NCBI GenBank assembly: GCA_050486505.1
Contig: JBJHDK010000012.1
Span: 1 to 47,018 of the forward strand
Direction of reading: 5' to 3'
DNA from: Fibrobacteria bacterium
Lineage (GTDB): Bacteria > Fibrobacterota > Fibrobacteria > UBA11236
DNA length: 47,018 bases
Shown: positions 27,447-36,374 of the stretch, piece after piece
Layout: each line of letters begins with the position of its first letter
Numbering within the stretch: the first letter of the stretch is position 1
Position numbers and translations under genes: made by a program
Notes under the pieces: model-generated
What the model was told of the DNA's origin: nothing
Databases searched by the model: none
What the model saw: the letters and a program-made list of their open reading frames with translations, nothing else

Positions 27447-29441
27447 ATGAAACGGAAATGGGTTGTGTGGGTGGCCGCCCTGCAGCTGATCATCCTCATG
27501 CAGGTGACCACGGCTGCCCAGAAATTGATCGACCTCGAATTCAACGGGGCTCGCGTCCAGGATGTCCTGCAGGTGCTGAGGCGGCTCGGAGATTTCAACA
27601 TCGTCGCCGATCCCCAAGTGACGGGCGAAGTGACCATCTTTCTGAAGCAAGTCACCGCGCGCGAGGCCGTAGGACTCGTCGCCCAGGCGGCAGGCTACAG
27701 TTACCGCTTCCAGGGCAATACCGTGCATATCGCGACCGAACAGCGCCTGGAGGCGCTTTTTTCCCCGTCGGCGCAGCCGGCGTCCGCGCCGGAGTACAAG
27801 GTGTACAACCTGCAAAGCGTCGACGCCGCGCAGGCCGTGGCCATGCTCTCGCGCATGTTGCCCGGGGTGAATGCGGTCGCCGACGACTCCCGCAATCTGC
27901 TCGTGCTGAGCGCGAGTTCCGATCAGCTCCGACGGGCGGAGGCGCTCCTCTTTGACTTTGACAGGCGGCAAGCTTCGTCGCGGCCGTTGCGAAACGTCGA
28001 CGTCATCAATCTCAATCACGCAGACCCGGAGCAGCTCGCGAACGTGATCCGCGCAATCGAACCCAATGCGACCGTGACAGTCGACGCATTTACCCGGAGC
28101 TTGGTCGTGCGTGGCTCGGACCGCACCATCGCATCCGTCCGCAGCATGATTCCTTTGTTGGACACCATCCAACGGCAGGTTCTGGTGGAAGCGCGCTTGG
28201 TGGAGATCTCGCTCGAAGCGCTCAACCGGTTGGGCCTTACGTGGGACCTCCCTTCTTTTGCGTTGTCGCTTGAGCGAGGAGCAAGTCTTTCCATCACGTC
28301 GGAAGAGTTGGGGATCGCTCTTGAAGCTCTAAGTACCGAGGGGAGCGCGCACATCCTCGCGAACCCCAAGATCGCGGCGGTCAACGCCACCACCGCAACC
28401 TTTTTGATCGGCGACCGGATCCCGATCATGATGCAGCAAGCCGACGACCTGGGGCGCGTGACGGGATTTCTCGAGTTCATCGAAGCCGGGATCAGCCTGG
28501 CAATTACGCCGATCATTGGGGACGACGGCTTTGTCACGCTGGAGCTCACAACCGGCGTGAGCGGTATTACGGGAATGACGCCGCAAAACATCCCCCAGAT
28601 ACGAACCCGCGAGGTCACCGCAACGGTGCGTGTGCAGGACGGACAACCGCTCGTAATCGGCGGACTGATCCAGGAGGAGGATCGCGTGACGGTCAGCGGG
28701 ATCCCGCTCCTGCAGAAGTTTCCCTTGATCGGCGAGCTGTTTCGGCGCAGACAAAGCCACAAAGTGCAATCAGAGACCGTCATCTTCCTCACGCCGCACA
28801 TCGTGACCGCCGCTCCCAAGAGAGCGTCGTCTGCGCCGGCGCAGCAGCCGGGAACGGACTCGCAGTCGCCCCAGGCCGCAGTTTCGTCCGAAGTGCAAAG
28901 GACGACGTCGGCCGGAGGCGATCAACGTACCACCCCGCCCGGTGGCGGATCCAGTAAAGAACCGACCGCGAGTCGGCCGGCTGCCTCGCCGCCTTCTGTT
29001 CACTCCAAAACGGGCGATCCGGTGGCGCCGGCGCGCACGTCGATCTCGCTCGACATCGGCTTGCTCGTCGCCCCTGACATCGGCTTGCCCGCCGCCCGTA
29101 CCGTCGATGTGGAACTCGAAAGCGGCGCCGCGACCAGGTTTTTGACGCGGTTTCACGTAACGCCGAGTGAAGACGACGTGACATGGGGATTCGGGCTCGG
29201 ACTGAGGCGATTTTTGGCCGGCACGCTATGGGCCGACATCGGAGGCGAGCATATCGTCGGCCCCGACTCCCAAGGAACCGCCTGGGCCGCGTCCGCCCAG
29301 CTCGGGATCCGCGTGCCGCTCGGCAAGCGGATCTATCTGGATCCGCATGCAGGCTATCGTCACGCCATCACGAGCGAGGAATCGGCCACGCTCTTTGGAC
29401 GCACGGAAGGGGTATACGGCAGTGTTCGGTTTGGTTGGTAA
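27447..29441 (+). CDS. pilQ: Secretin (PilQ/GspD family) with C-terminal extension
   Basis: Signal peptide, N0 and N domains, 'QVLVEARLVEI', 'VQDGQPLVIGGL', 'IPLLQKFPLIGELFR', 'VIFLTPHIV'. Confidence 0.9.
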   Translation: MKRKWVVWVAALQLIILMQVTTAAQKLIDLEFNGARVQDVLQVLRRLGDFNIVADPQVTGEVTIFLKQVTAREAVGLVAQAAGYSYRFQGNTVHIATEQRLEALFSPSAQPASAPEYKVYNLQSVDAAQAVAMLSRMLPGVNAVADDSRNLLVLSASSDQLRRAEALLFDFDRRQASSRPLRNVDVINLNHADPEQLANVIRAIEPNATVTVDAFTRSLVVRGSDRTIASVRSMIPLLDTIQRQVLVEARLVEISLEALNRLGLTWDLPSFALSLERGASLSITSEELGIALEALSTEGSAHILANPKIAAVNATTATFLIGDRIPIMMQQADDLGRVTGFLEFIEAGISLAITPIIGDDGFVTLELTTGVSGITGMTPQNIPQIRTREVTATVRVQDGQPLVIGGLIQEEDRVTVSGIPLLQKFPLIGELFRRRQSHKVQSETVIFLTPHIVTAAPKRASSAPAQQPGTDSQSPQAAVSSEVQRTTSAGGDQRTTPPGGGSSKEPTASRPAASPPSVHSKTGDPVAPARTSISLDIGLLVAPDIGLPAARTVDVELESGAATRFLTRFHVTPSEDDVTWGFGLGLRRFLAGTLWADIGGEHIVGPDSQGTAWAASAQLGIRVPLGKRIYLDPHAGYRHAITSEESATLFGRTEGVYGSVRFGW

Positions 29442-29823
29442 AGATCAATCGGGATTCTCCCTTGTCGAAACGATCGCCGTCATGCTGCTGCTTCTCGTTT
29501 TCACGGTAGGCGTTTCGGCAGTGATCCGCTCGTCGGATCACCTGTTTCGCCGCGGCAAGCAGGAGGAGCAGATCCGGCAGTCTCTGATCGCCGCGGCCGA
29601 GACGATCAAGGTAGAGATGCGGTTTACGAAGGTTCCCGGAGGTTGCGGTGCAGGGGGCGGAGATTTCCCCGTCAACGGGACATACTGGGCGACGTACACA
29701 TGCAGCGGCAACCAAGAAGGTCTTTCCATGCTGTACAAGTTTGACGTCCGCCTCCACGAGGACTCCCCTGCCGGCGTCGAAGTGGGCGAGCTCATGTTTT
29801 ACGCGACAAGGGGGGGGTACTGA
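29422..29823 (+). CDS. Minor pilin
   Basis: 'QSG|FSLVETI' prepilin motif; start uncertain (GTG 29422 or TTG 29431). Confidence 0.78.
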   Translation: MFGLVGKDQSGFSLVETIAVMLLLLVFTVGVSAVIRSSDHLFRRGKQEEQIRQSLIAAAETIKVEMRFTKVPGGCGAGGGDFPVNGTYWATYTCSGNQEGLSMLYKFDVRLHEDSPAGVEVGELMFYATRGGY

Positions 29824-30992
29824 TGAACCGGTTGGACCCTGCCGAGCGGGGAATGGCGCTCGTTTGGGTGATCTCCCTGATGACCCTGATCCTGATGCTT
29901 GTGGGCGGACTCCTGTCTCTCGCGCCCGTCGCTTTTCGTCAGGCTCGCTTTGACGGGGAGCTCGCCTCGGCCCTCGTCGTCGCCGAATCCGGGTTGAACC
30001 ACGGCCTTGCCCGAATGGATAATGTCCTCGCGTCGGGGGGAACGCTGGCGGATTGGGTGTCGCCGAGCGGGTACGTCCTGACGGGAGGGGATCCCGACGT
30101 CAGCGGGAGTTACACCACCACGATCACCCACCATCCGACAATCGGCGGCGCCTTTTTGGTGGAGGCGGAGGGCTATTTCAACGATCGCAGACGAACCGTG
30201 AATCTGATGGTGGGCGAGGCCTTTCCCGTCTTTCGGGGAAAACTCCAATCGACCGATCCCTCGAGCCCGTATTACGATCCTGCGTTTTTCTGGGTGGACG
30301 TGAGCGTGCCCGGTTGGTCGCAAGGAACGGTCAGCGAGTGCTCGCCGGTCACGATCGACGGCATCCCCACGCTGTTGAGCGTGACCTGCCAATACAGCAA
30401 TCACTTCACCCTCACCAACAGTCAAAAGCTGTTGATCAAAAACTCGACAGTCCGCTTCGCCGGCAATGCGACATTTAACGGCGATCTCTTTATGGAGAAC
30501 TCCGACATTTACGTTGACGGTTCGGTCACCTTTCGCGGCAAGGCGGCAATGACCGGTTCCAACAACGGCTACGTTCAGGGGTACATCGCCGTGCAAGCCC
30601 CCGCGAAGGTTCACGGAGACGGGATGAACATCAACTACTTCTACGTGAAGGGGAGCCTCTCATTCTCCGGCAACGTCACGATCGGGTCGTGGGGCACGAC
30701 GCCTCCGTTTTCCGACATCGTCTTCCTCGGCGGAACGAGCACGGAAGTCTTTGTGGATCCACCGAGTTCGATTGATGGCTCGGCGGTCAAGTGCGCCTGC
30801 GGGATCTACACACCGACGCGAGATGTAAAATTCAACGGCGCGCAGTTTCAGGTCTACGGTTCGATCGTCGGGGTTGAGTTCGAGTTTTCCGGGGGCAGCC
30901 ATGAAAACATCGATTACGGGATCGAGCTGCGAGACGTGGCGATCCCGGGAGCTCTCAAGGTCGGGACGCGCAACTGGAACGAGGTCCGGTGA
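29823..30992 (+). CDS. PilX/GspK-like large minor pilin with beta-rich C-terminal domain
   Basis: 'ERG|MALVWV' (no Glu5), 'ALVVAESGL', C-terminal 'VYGSIVG'. Confidence 0.8.
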   Translation: MNRLDPAERGMALVWVISLMTLILMLVGGLLSLAPVAFRQARFDGELASALVVAESGLNHGLARMDNVLASGGTLADWVSPSGYVLTGGDPDVSGSYTTTITHHPTIGGAFLVEAEGYFNDRRRTVNLMVGEAFPVFRGKLQSTDPSSPYYDPAFFWVDVSVPGWSQGTVSECSPVTIDGIPTLLSVTCQYSNHFTLTNSQKLLIKNSTVRFAGNATFNGDLFMENSDIYVDGSVTFRGKAAMTGSNNGYVQGYIAVQAPAKVHGDGMNINYFYVKGSLSFSGNVTIGSWGTTPPFSDIVFLGGTSTEVFVDPPSSIDGSAVKCACGIYTPTRDVKFNGAQFQVYGSIVGVEFEFSGGSHENIDYGIELRDVAIPGALKVGTRNWNEVR

Positions 30993-30995
30993 TCA

Positions 30996-31550
30996 ATGAG
31001 TGCCATTTGCTCGCAACGCGGGTACACGCTCGTCGAGTTGCTCTTTAACCTCGTGATCATCGGCATCATCTGCTCCCTTGCCCTCCTTTTGTTTTTTTGG
31101 GGTTACGGACATGGACGCCGGGGTATGGACGAGTTTGCCATGAACACCGATCTGCGCGGCGTTTTGCGCGAGATCGCCGTCGGATATGCCCAAGGATCCG
31201 ACGACCGGAAGAAGGGGCTGGCGGGCTCGGAAAAGGTGGCATTCGCCGCGGGCGTCCTCTCGTACAAGGGCGAACTGACCGAAACCTCCTTCGTCACATA
31301 CACCTGGGAGACGGCAGGGAGCGGGTCGCTCGTTCGCCGGGTGGTGGCCGACGGCGGCGCCGTCCTCCACGGTCCGGACACCCTCCTGGAGGATGTCGAC
31401 CATTTTTCGGTTTGCGTCAACGACCGCGTCTTTATGGTTCGCATCTCGCAGCAGACCACGGACGACCGTCCCCGCCAAACCGACATGACGCGCAACATCT
31501 ACGGTCGCAATGCGCGCGCGACCAGCCTGACGGTGCCGGACTGCCCCTAG
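30996..31550 (+). CDS. Minor pilin (PilW/GspJ-like)
   Basis: 'QRG|YTLVELL' prepilin motif. Confidence 0.82.
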   Translation: MSAICSQRGYTLVELLFNLVIIGIICSLALLLFFWGYGHGRRGMDEFAMNTDLRGVLREIAVGYAQGSDDRKKGLAGSEKVAFAAGVLSYKGELTETSFVTYTWETAGSGSLVRRVVADGGAVLHGPDTLLEDVDHFSVCVNDRVFMVRISQQTTDDRPRQTDMTRNIYGRNARATSLTVPDCP

Positions 31551-31584
31551 ACGGTCGGGGCCGGCACGCGCTCGATGCCGATCG

Positions 31585-31602
31585 CTTCGCCGGGGTGACG
31601 AA
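31585..31602. repeat. Half of a GTCACCCCGGCG-type palindromic repeat
   Basis: CGCCGGGGTGACGAA (31588-31602) is the exact reverse complement of 32393-32407. Confidence 0.6.
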
Positions 31603-31635
31603 TAGAGCTACACTCGCAGAACCTTCTCCATCACC

Positions 31636-32190
31636 CTACTTGGGCACGTACCGCAGCGCCACGGATCCCGAGGGGAACTCTCGCGTGCCGACGAGTTTCA
31701 AATCCACGAACTTCGAGAGTCCGGCGAACAGGTAGGGGCCGTGTCCCGCGATGCGGGGGTGCACGAGGAACTCGTACTCGTCGATCAGGCCCAGTTCGGC
31801 CAATGCCAACGGAAGCGTGAGGCCCCCCAACCCGATTCCCTCCCCCGGTTCACTTTTAATCCGCCTTACGGCTTCCGCCAAATCCCCCCGCAAAAGTTCC
31901 GAGTTCCAATCGACCTGTTCAAGCGTACTCGATACGACGTATTTCTTTTTCGCGTCAATCGTTTCGGCGAACGGGATCATCCACGCGTCCATCCAGTCGG
32001 GCCAAGGCCCTGTCTCCGGCTTCCGCCACGCGCCTTCCATCATTTCGTAGGTGGTGCGGCCCAGAAGCAGCGAACCGGCCCGGGCGATGTTTTCGGTTGC
32101 GAATCGATGCGTGTCTTCGTTTACAATGCCGGCCATGTGGTCGCAGCATCCGTCGAGGGTGACGTTGATGGAATAGCGGAGAGGTTGCAT
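31636..32190 (-). CDS. Dihydrofolate reductase/RibD C-terminal family protein
   Basis: 'INVTLDGCCDH', 'GRTTYEMM', 'LIDEYEFLVHP', 'GHGPYLF'. Confidence 0.9.
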   Translation of the reverse strand: MQPLRYSINVTLDGCCDHMAGIVNEDTHRFATENIARAGSLLLGRTTYEMMEGAWRKPETGPWPDWMDAWMIPFAETIDAKKKYVVSSTLEQVDWNSELLRGDLAEAVRRIKSEPGEGIGLGGLTLPLALAELGLIDEYEFLVHPRIAGHGPYLFAGLSKFVDLKLVGTREFPSGSVALRYVPK

Positions 32191-32392
32191 GGTTCACTTT
32201 CCTTTCTTCTGAAGACGTACCAACAATTAGTCGGGTTGGGTGAATCGTTTGGTCATGAGAACATTGAACAGGTTTTTGTGGGGGGCTCTGTGGTATTTCG
32301 TGATTTGTTGGGGGAAGGGATCGATAAAGCAGGGGTCAGAAAGCACGCTTCAAGTGACCAGGCGCGGGCTAAACTCCGGTGGGGCTTGTTTC

Positions 32393-32422
32393 TTCGTCAC
32401 CCCGGCGCAGGCCGGGGGCCAG
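32393..32422. repeat. GTCACCCCGGCGCAGGCCGGGG palindromic repeat unit
   Basis: Related units at about 40569-40590 and about 42928-42949. Confidence 0.62.
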
Positions 32423-34141
32423 TCAGGAGTCAGGTGCCGACATAGAGGTTTGCTGCGGTCGATGTTTCTTCGGCGAAAAGACGCGGGACGCCCATTCGAC
32501 GACATTGCCCGGGGTTACCCCATCGCAGTAATCGCAACAATGGACTGTCGACTGAGCACGCGTCTTGCGTTCGAATAGCCATCTCACGATTCGCACGGAG
32601 ATCGATAGCCCGGCCGCTGATGATTTCTCGCCGAAATAGCGTACGATCAGCTCTCGAGCGCAAGAGCTTTTTGCCATCGCCTGCCTTTGCATCTGGACAA
32701 TCCCCTTATACCGTGCCTGGAGTGCCCCTTCCCGGGCAGCCGCGGAATCGGCGACGTTCAGCGCCGTCTTCTCGGCCATGTATCGAAGAAGTCTTTCGTC
32801 CTTTGGGTCCGTGAAAAGAACTGCAACGGAAGGCTTGCCATCGCGTCCAGCGCGCCCAAACTCTTGCAAGTAGTCTTCCACAGACGCCGGATGCTGCCAG
32901 TGTACAACCAAACGCACGTCTGGAACATCCAGGCCCATTCCGAAAGCGTTTGTGCAAATCACGACATTTACAGGTGGCGAAATCCGGCCCAGGAATCTCC
33001 CGAGAAGCATGTCCCGCTCGTTCGCGGAGCCGAGCTGTGAGTGGTAGAATGGCACGTCACGGCCATGATCCTTGAGTCCGGCGCGAAGCTGCCTGCCCGT
33101 TCGCACGGTGGGCACGAAGAGCATCGCGCGCCCAGTAGGCAGCGTATTCAGAAGATCAGCAATCAAGCGGTAGCGATTCAGGTCGTCAACCTTCTGGAGC
33201 CGAGCCAAGGCAATGTTGGGACGATTGACTCCCGTGACAATGACCCGCGCCTTCGGTACCCCGAGGGAGTAAAGAATTCGTCTTTGGCTTTCAACGCCTG
33301 CGGTCGCGGTGAACGCCAGTACCGGAGGTTCTCCAAGCATCTTTCTCACGTGTCCGAGCCTATCGTAGTTCGGGCGAAAGTCCTTTCCCCAACGATCGAT
33401 GCAATGCGCTTCATCGATGACGAGGTAACTCGGGCGTATGCGCTTGATCTCCTCCACTTCGGCTTGCCTCACCAAGTTGGAATCAAACCTCTCTGGCGTG
33501 CAGTAGAGGAACTTGTAGACCCCGTCGTGGAGGAGCTTGTATCTGAGCCTCTTCTCCCGCGGACTCAGATCGCCGTTGATAAATGTTCCGGGAATCTGCT
33601 TGCCTTGAAGGGAGGATACCTGTTGGCTCATCAAGGCCTTCAGCGGCGAAATGACCATTCCAACACGGTGGCCCAGAAGAATGGGCAGTTGGAAGCAGAG
33701 AGACTTTCCGGATCCGGTAGCGCTCACGAGCAGAAGAGATTCGCCCCGAAGCGCGGCCAGTACGACCTCAAGCTGAGGATGCCTGAACCGGCTGGCGCCC
33801 AACAGCCGAAGCCCGGCCCCCAAGGTTTCATCGATGTTGTCGAGTTCTTTCTGCCGGTCGAGCCAATGTGCCAGCCGCAGGCCCCAGCGCTCGAGCATGC
33901 GCCGGGAGAGCGAGGCTTGCAGGTTCGGGTGCCGCGCGGCATGGCATCCGTCGCACAGCGTGATCAGGTTGCTAGGGTCATCGAGACCACCGGCTGAGCG
34001 GGGGATAAGATGGTGGATGTCAGCTTCACCGGCTTCGGGTACGATGCCGCACGATACGCAAGTATTCTGGTCTCGGGCGAGTACAGCATCTCGGATTTCA
34101 GGCCATCGTCTGGAAGTTGCGTCGATTGGCGTGGCGGTCAT
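32423..34141 (-). CDS. HNH endonuclease-RecQ-family helicase fusion
   Basis: N-terminal 'CVSC...HHLIPRSAGG...NLITLCDGCH'; 'ATGSGKS', 'DEAHCIDRWGKDFRP', 'TATA', 'AFGMGLD', 'QEFGRAGRDG', Cys cluster. Confidence 0.9.
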   Translation of the reverse strand: MTATPIDATSRRWPEIRDAVLARDQNTCVSCGIVPEAGEADIHHLIPRSAGGLDDPSNLITLCDGCHAARHPNLQASLSRRMLERWGLRLAHWLDRQKELDNIDETLGAGLRLLGASRFRHPQLEVVLAALRGESLLLVSATGSGKSLCFQLPILLGHRVGMVISPLKALMSQQVSSLQGKQIPGTFINGDLSPREKRLRYKLLHDGVYKFLYCTPERFDSNLVRQAEVEEIKRIRPSYLVIDEAHCIDRWGKDFRPNYDRLGHVRKMLGEPPVLAFTATAGVESQRRILYSLGVPKARVIVTGVNRPNIALARLQKVDDLNRYRLIADLLNTLPTGRAMLFVPTVRTGRQLRAGLKDHGRDVPFYHSQLGSANERDMLLGRFLGRISPPVNVVICTNAFGMGLDVPDVRLVVHWQHPASVEDYLQEFGRAGRDGKPSVAVLFTDPKDERLLRYMAEKTALNVADSAAAREGALQARYKGIVQMQRQAMAKSSCARELIVRYFGEKSSAAGLSISVRIVRWLFERKTRAQSTVHCCDYCDGVTPGNVVEWASRVFSPKKHRPQQTSMSAPDS

Positions 34142-34204
34142 TTTTCAGTGCGATTGATTAACAAGTGATAGTCAAAGTGGATGTCATGTTAATGCCAGAG
34201 ATGA

Positions 34205-34256
34205 GTTTCCGGTCGAAGACTTCGGCGGCCCCAGCGATGACATCGGGGCTTTACTG
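34205..34256 (-). ncRNA. Candidate structured RNA downstream of DUF3800 gene
   Basis: Minus strand AAAGCCCCGAUGUCAUCGCUGGGGC-CGCCGAAGUCUUCGACCGGAAAC, two adjacent hairpins. Confidence 0.35.
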
Positions 34257-34325
34257 CTATGAGGCATTGACGTGAGAGAGTGGGTTTGGCCACGGGGGAC
34301 GTATGAGGCGTATACTGTACTGATC

Positions 34326-35498
34326 TCATAGAAGGGTGAGCTGTGAGTGCGCATCATTGATTTCATCGCATTGTCTTAAACTCTTCCAGCGTGGATCGGC
34401 CAACAGGTCTACGCCCAAGATAGTGTGCACATGAACGGTCATCATAGAGGCCTTATGCATCATGGGTTCAACTTTTTCTGTCATATTCTTGAAGTACTCT
34501 TCGATCTCAGACAGATTCACCGGAAGCTTATACCCTCCCTTTCTATTTGATACAATCAAAACGTCGTTGGTTCGAAGCTTCCCGATTACTTTCGTCCTGA
34601 AGTAATAATCTCCAACCTCTACCATCCTACTCTGACTTAATCGTTCACGCAGGTATTTTGTCCTGACGTAGAGATGAGGGTCACCATTCAAAATTTCATC
34701 GAGTAGCTCTCTGGCCAAGTGAACCTGGTCTTTTTTCAAAGGCTCCTCGGATTCTTCGTACTTCTCAATAAACACTTTCGCAAAGTTAACGGATGCTCTC
34801 AGCAGTGGCTCACTAATTTTAGCCGAAACCGCTACGTCAGAAAAGTCAAAGTTCCGCAGCGAAAATGGCCAAGCCTTAATTTTTACCAAATCAGAGACAT
34901 AATTAAAATTATGAGTTCCATCTCTGAGATCACGGAAAAGCGTGCCTGAGCAGAAGTCAGCTAATTGGTTAAGTCGAGATCCCTTGGACTCACGGAACTC
35001 AATGTTTGAGGTGTTAAAAAGATTTAAAGGCGCACGGTCAACAAAATATGCCATCAATGATTTTTGAAAATCTGCGTCCCCAATCGGATCCGGATAAATA
35101 ACGGCTGTGTCATGTGCTGCAATCAAATAATTGAATAACTGCCTCGGAACCCGCTTGTAAAATGTCCGCTTCCATTTGAACTTATCTGGTCCAAGCAAAG
35201 CTTTGTCGACTTTAAGGATTACACCTCTCCAAAGATTCCGAGGTAGTTCTTCTAGGATTTTTCGACGGAGGTTATCATCGGATATATTCTTTGACTTAAT
35301 TTGCCCGCCGTTTAAGCGCATTCTAGCAAGAGCGTCCAAGCTCGCATTTAGCTTGCCAACATTTTGGGCCTCAACAATTACAGCGCAAATCAAAAACCAA
35401 GGCTCGCTTTTCCCATCCTCAAAGTTTAATCCGTTGTCGCCCGTCTCATCTATGAAGATTTCAATCATGATATTATTCCATCGATCCTGATTACTCAC
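34326..35498 (-). CDS. DUF3800-domain protein with C-terminal wHTH-like extension
   Basis: 'IFIDETGD' and 'LNQLADFCSG' motifs; AT-rich codons; start GTG 35498 or ATG 35468. Confidence 0.82.
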   Translation of the reverse strand: MSNQDRWNNIMIEIFIDETGDNGLNFEDGKSEPWFLICAVIVEAQNVGKLNASLDALARMRLNGGQIKSKNISDDNLRRKILEELPRNLWRGVILKVDKALLGPDKFKWKRTFYKRVPRQLFNYLIAAHDTAVIYPDPIGDADFQKSLMAYFVDRAPLNLFNTSNIEFRESKGSRLNQLADFCSGTLFRDLRDGTHNFNYVSDLVKIKAWPFSLRNFDFSDVAVSAKISEPLLRASVNFAKVFIEKYEESEEPLKKDQVHLARELLDEILNGDPHLYVRTKYLRERLSQSRMVEVGDYYFRTKVIGKLRTNDVLIVSNRKGGYKLPVNLSEIEEYFKNMTEKVEPMMHKASMMTVHVHTILGVDLLADPRWKSLRQCDEINDAHSQLTLL

Positions 35499-35563
35499 CC
35501 CATGTCAGAATTAGGCCGCACAACAGAGCGAATGCCGCCTGATCGAATAAATTGATCCGTTCC

Positions 35564-36286
35564 TCACGTGATGGCACTAAGCGCAGCAATTAGTTCAGGG
35601 CCAATGTCCTTAACGAAAGCTACTTGGGCTTCAGAAACAGGCTCGCCGTGAAGGGCCGGAGAGCAGACCGAGTAAACTTCTCGGATAGCATTTGCTAGCC
35701 GAGGTTCAAGCAATTCTGCTTGGACCAATGCTCGGGTGAGCTGCATGGCGGGCATCGGGCGACGGATTTCCCCAACAAGCTGGCGCGACTCTCCAATTCG
35801 GCGGAGCTCCTTTTCCATATTGTAGCGAGTAGCGAACAAAAGTGCTACCTCTGACGGAACGGGAATCTGTGCGGGCGGAGGCGACTCCTTAATTCCGAGC
35901 TCTACTAGCGCATTCGATACCACTGATTTAATACGCCGTTCAATCTCAGGAAGTTGCGCATCGGCGACTGGAGCTGGAATTGTGAAGTGCGGGCTGAAGG
36001 TTGTCCGTACGTCAACTGCATTTCTGACCTCACTCTTTACATCTGTAAATTGGTCTGCAAGAAATCCCTTAAGCTCGTCCACTCGTTGTTTGAAGGTGAT
36101 GCCAAGTAGTGACACTTCGCTAAACAGAGGGGCAAGCAAAAGCGCTACCCAAACAATAAACACCACGATATCGGCAGGTACGGCGTGGCCCACAGTAAGT
36201 TCTGGATAGCGGTGGGCAAGAAATATTGTAAGGAGGACTACAAGTAGTAGCCACCAGGCGACCTTAATCCAGTTAGGTAATATCAA
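35564..36286 (-). CDS. Two-TM protein with C-terminal helical, HEPN-like domain
   Basis: Two N-terminal hydrophobic helices; 'MEKELRRI...AIREVYSVCSPALHG'; TTG start after G-run. Confidence 0.7.
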   Translation of the reverse strand: MILPNWIKVAWWLLLVVLLTIFLAHRYPELTVGHAVPADIVVFIVWVALLLAPLFSEVSLLGITFKQRVDELKGFLADQFTDVKSEVRNAVDVRTTFSPHFTIPAPVADAQLPEIERRIKSVVSNALVELGIKESPPPAQIPVPSEVALLFATRYNMEKELRRIGESRQLVGEIRRPMPAMQLTRALVQAELLEPRLANAIREVYSVCSPALHGEPVSEAQVAFVKDIGPELIAALSAIT

Positions 36287-36374
36287 AGCCCCCCCAATTC
36301 TTGTCGAAGCAGCCGAAGCCGAGACATTGAGTGCCGCGTGTTCCTGAGCTCTGCGTGGCTAGCCCAAAGGTGCC

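Noticed and set aside
20722..31550. Type II secretion system rather than type IV pilus
   Set aside because: A PilT with the AIRNLIRE-like motif and PilM/PilN (INLLP) indicate a retractile type IVa pilus.
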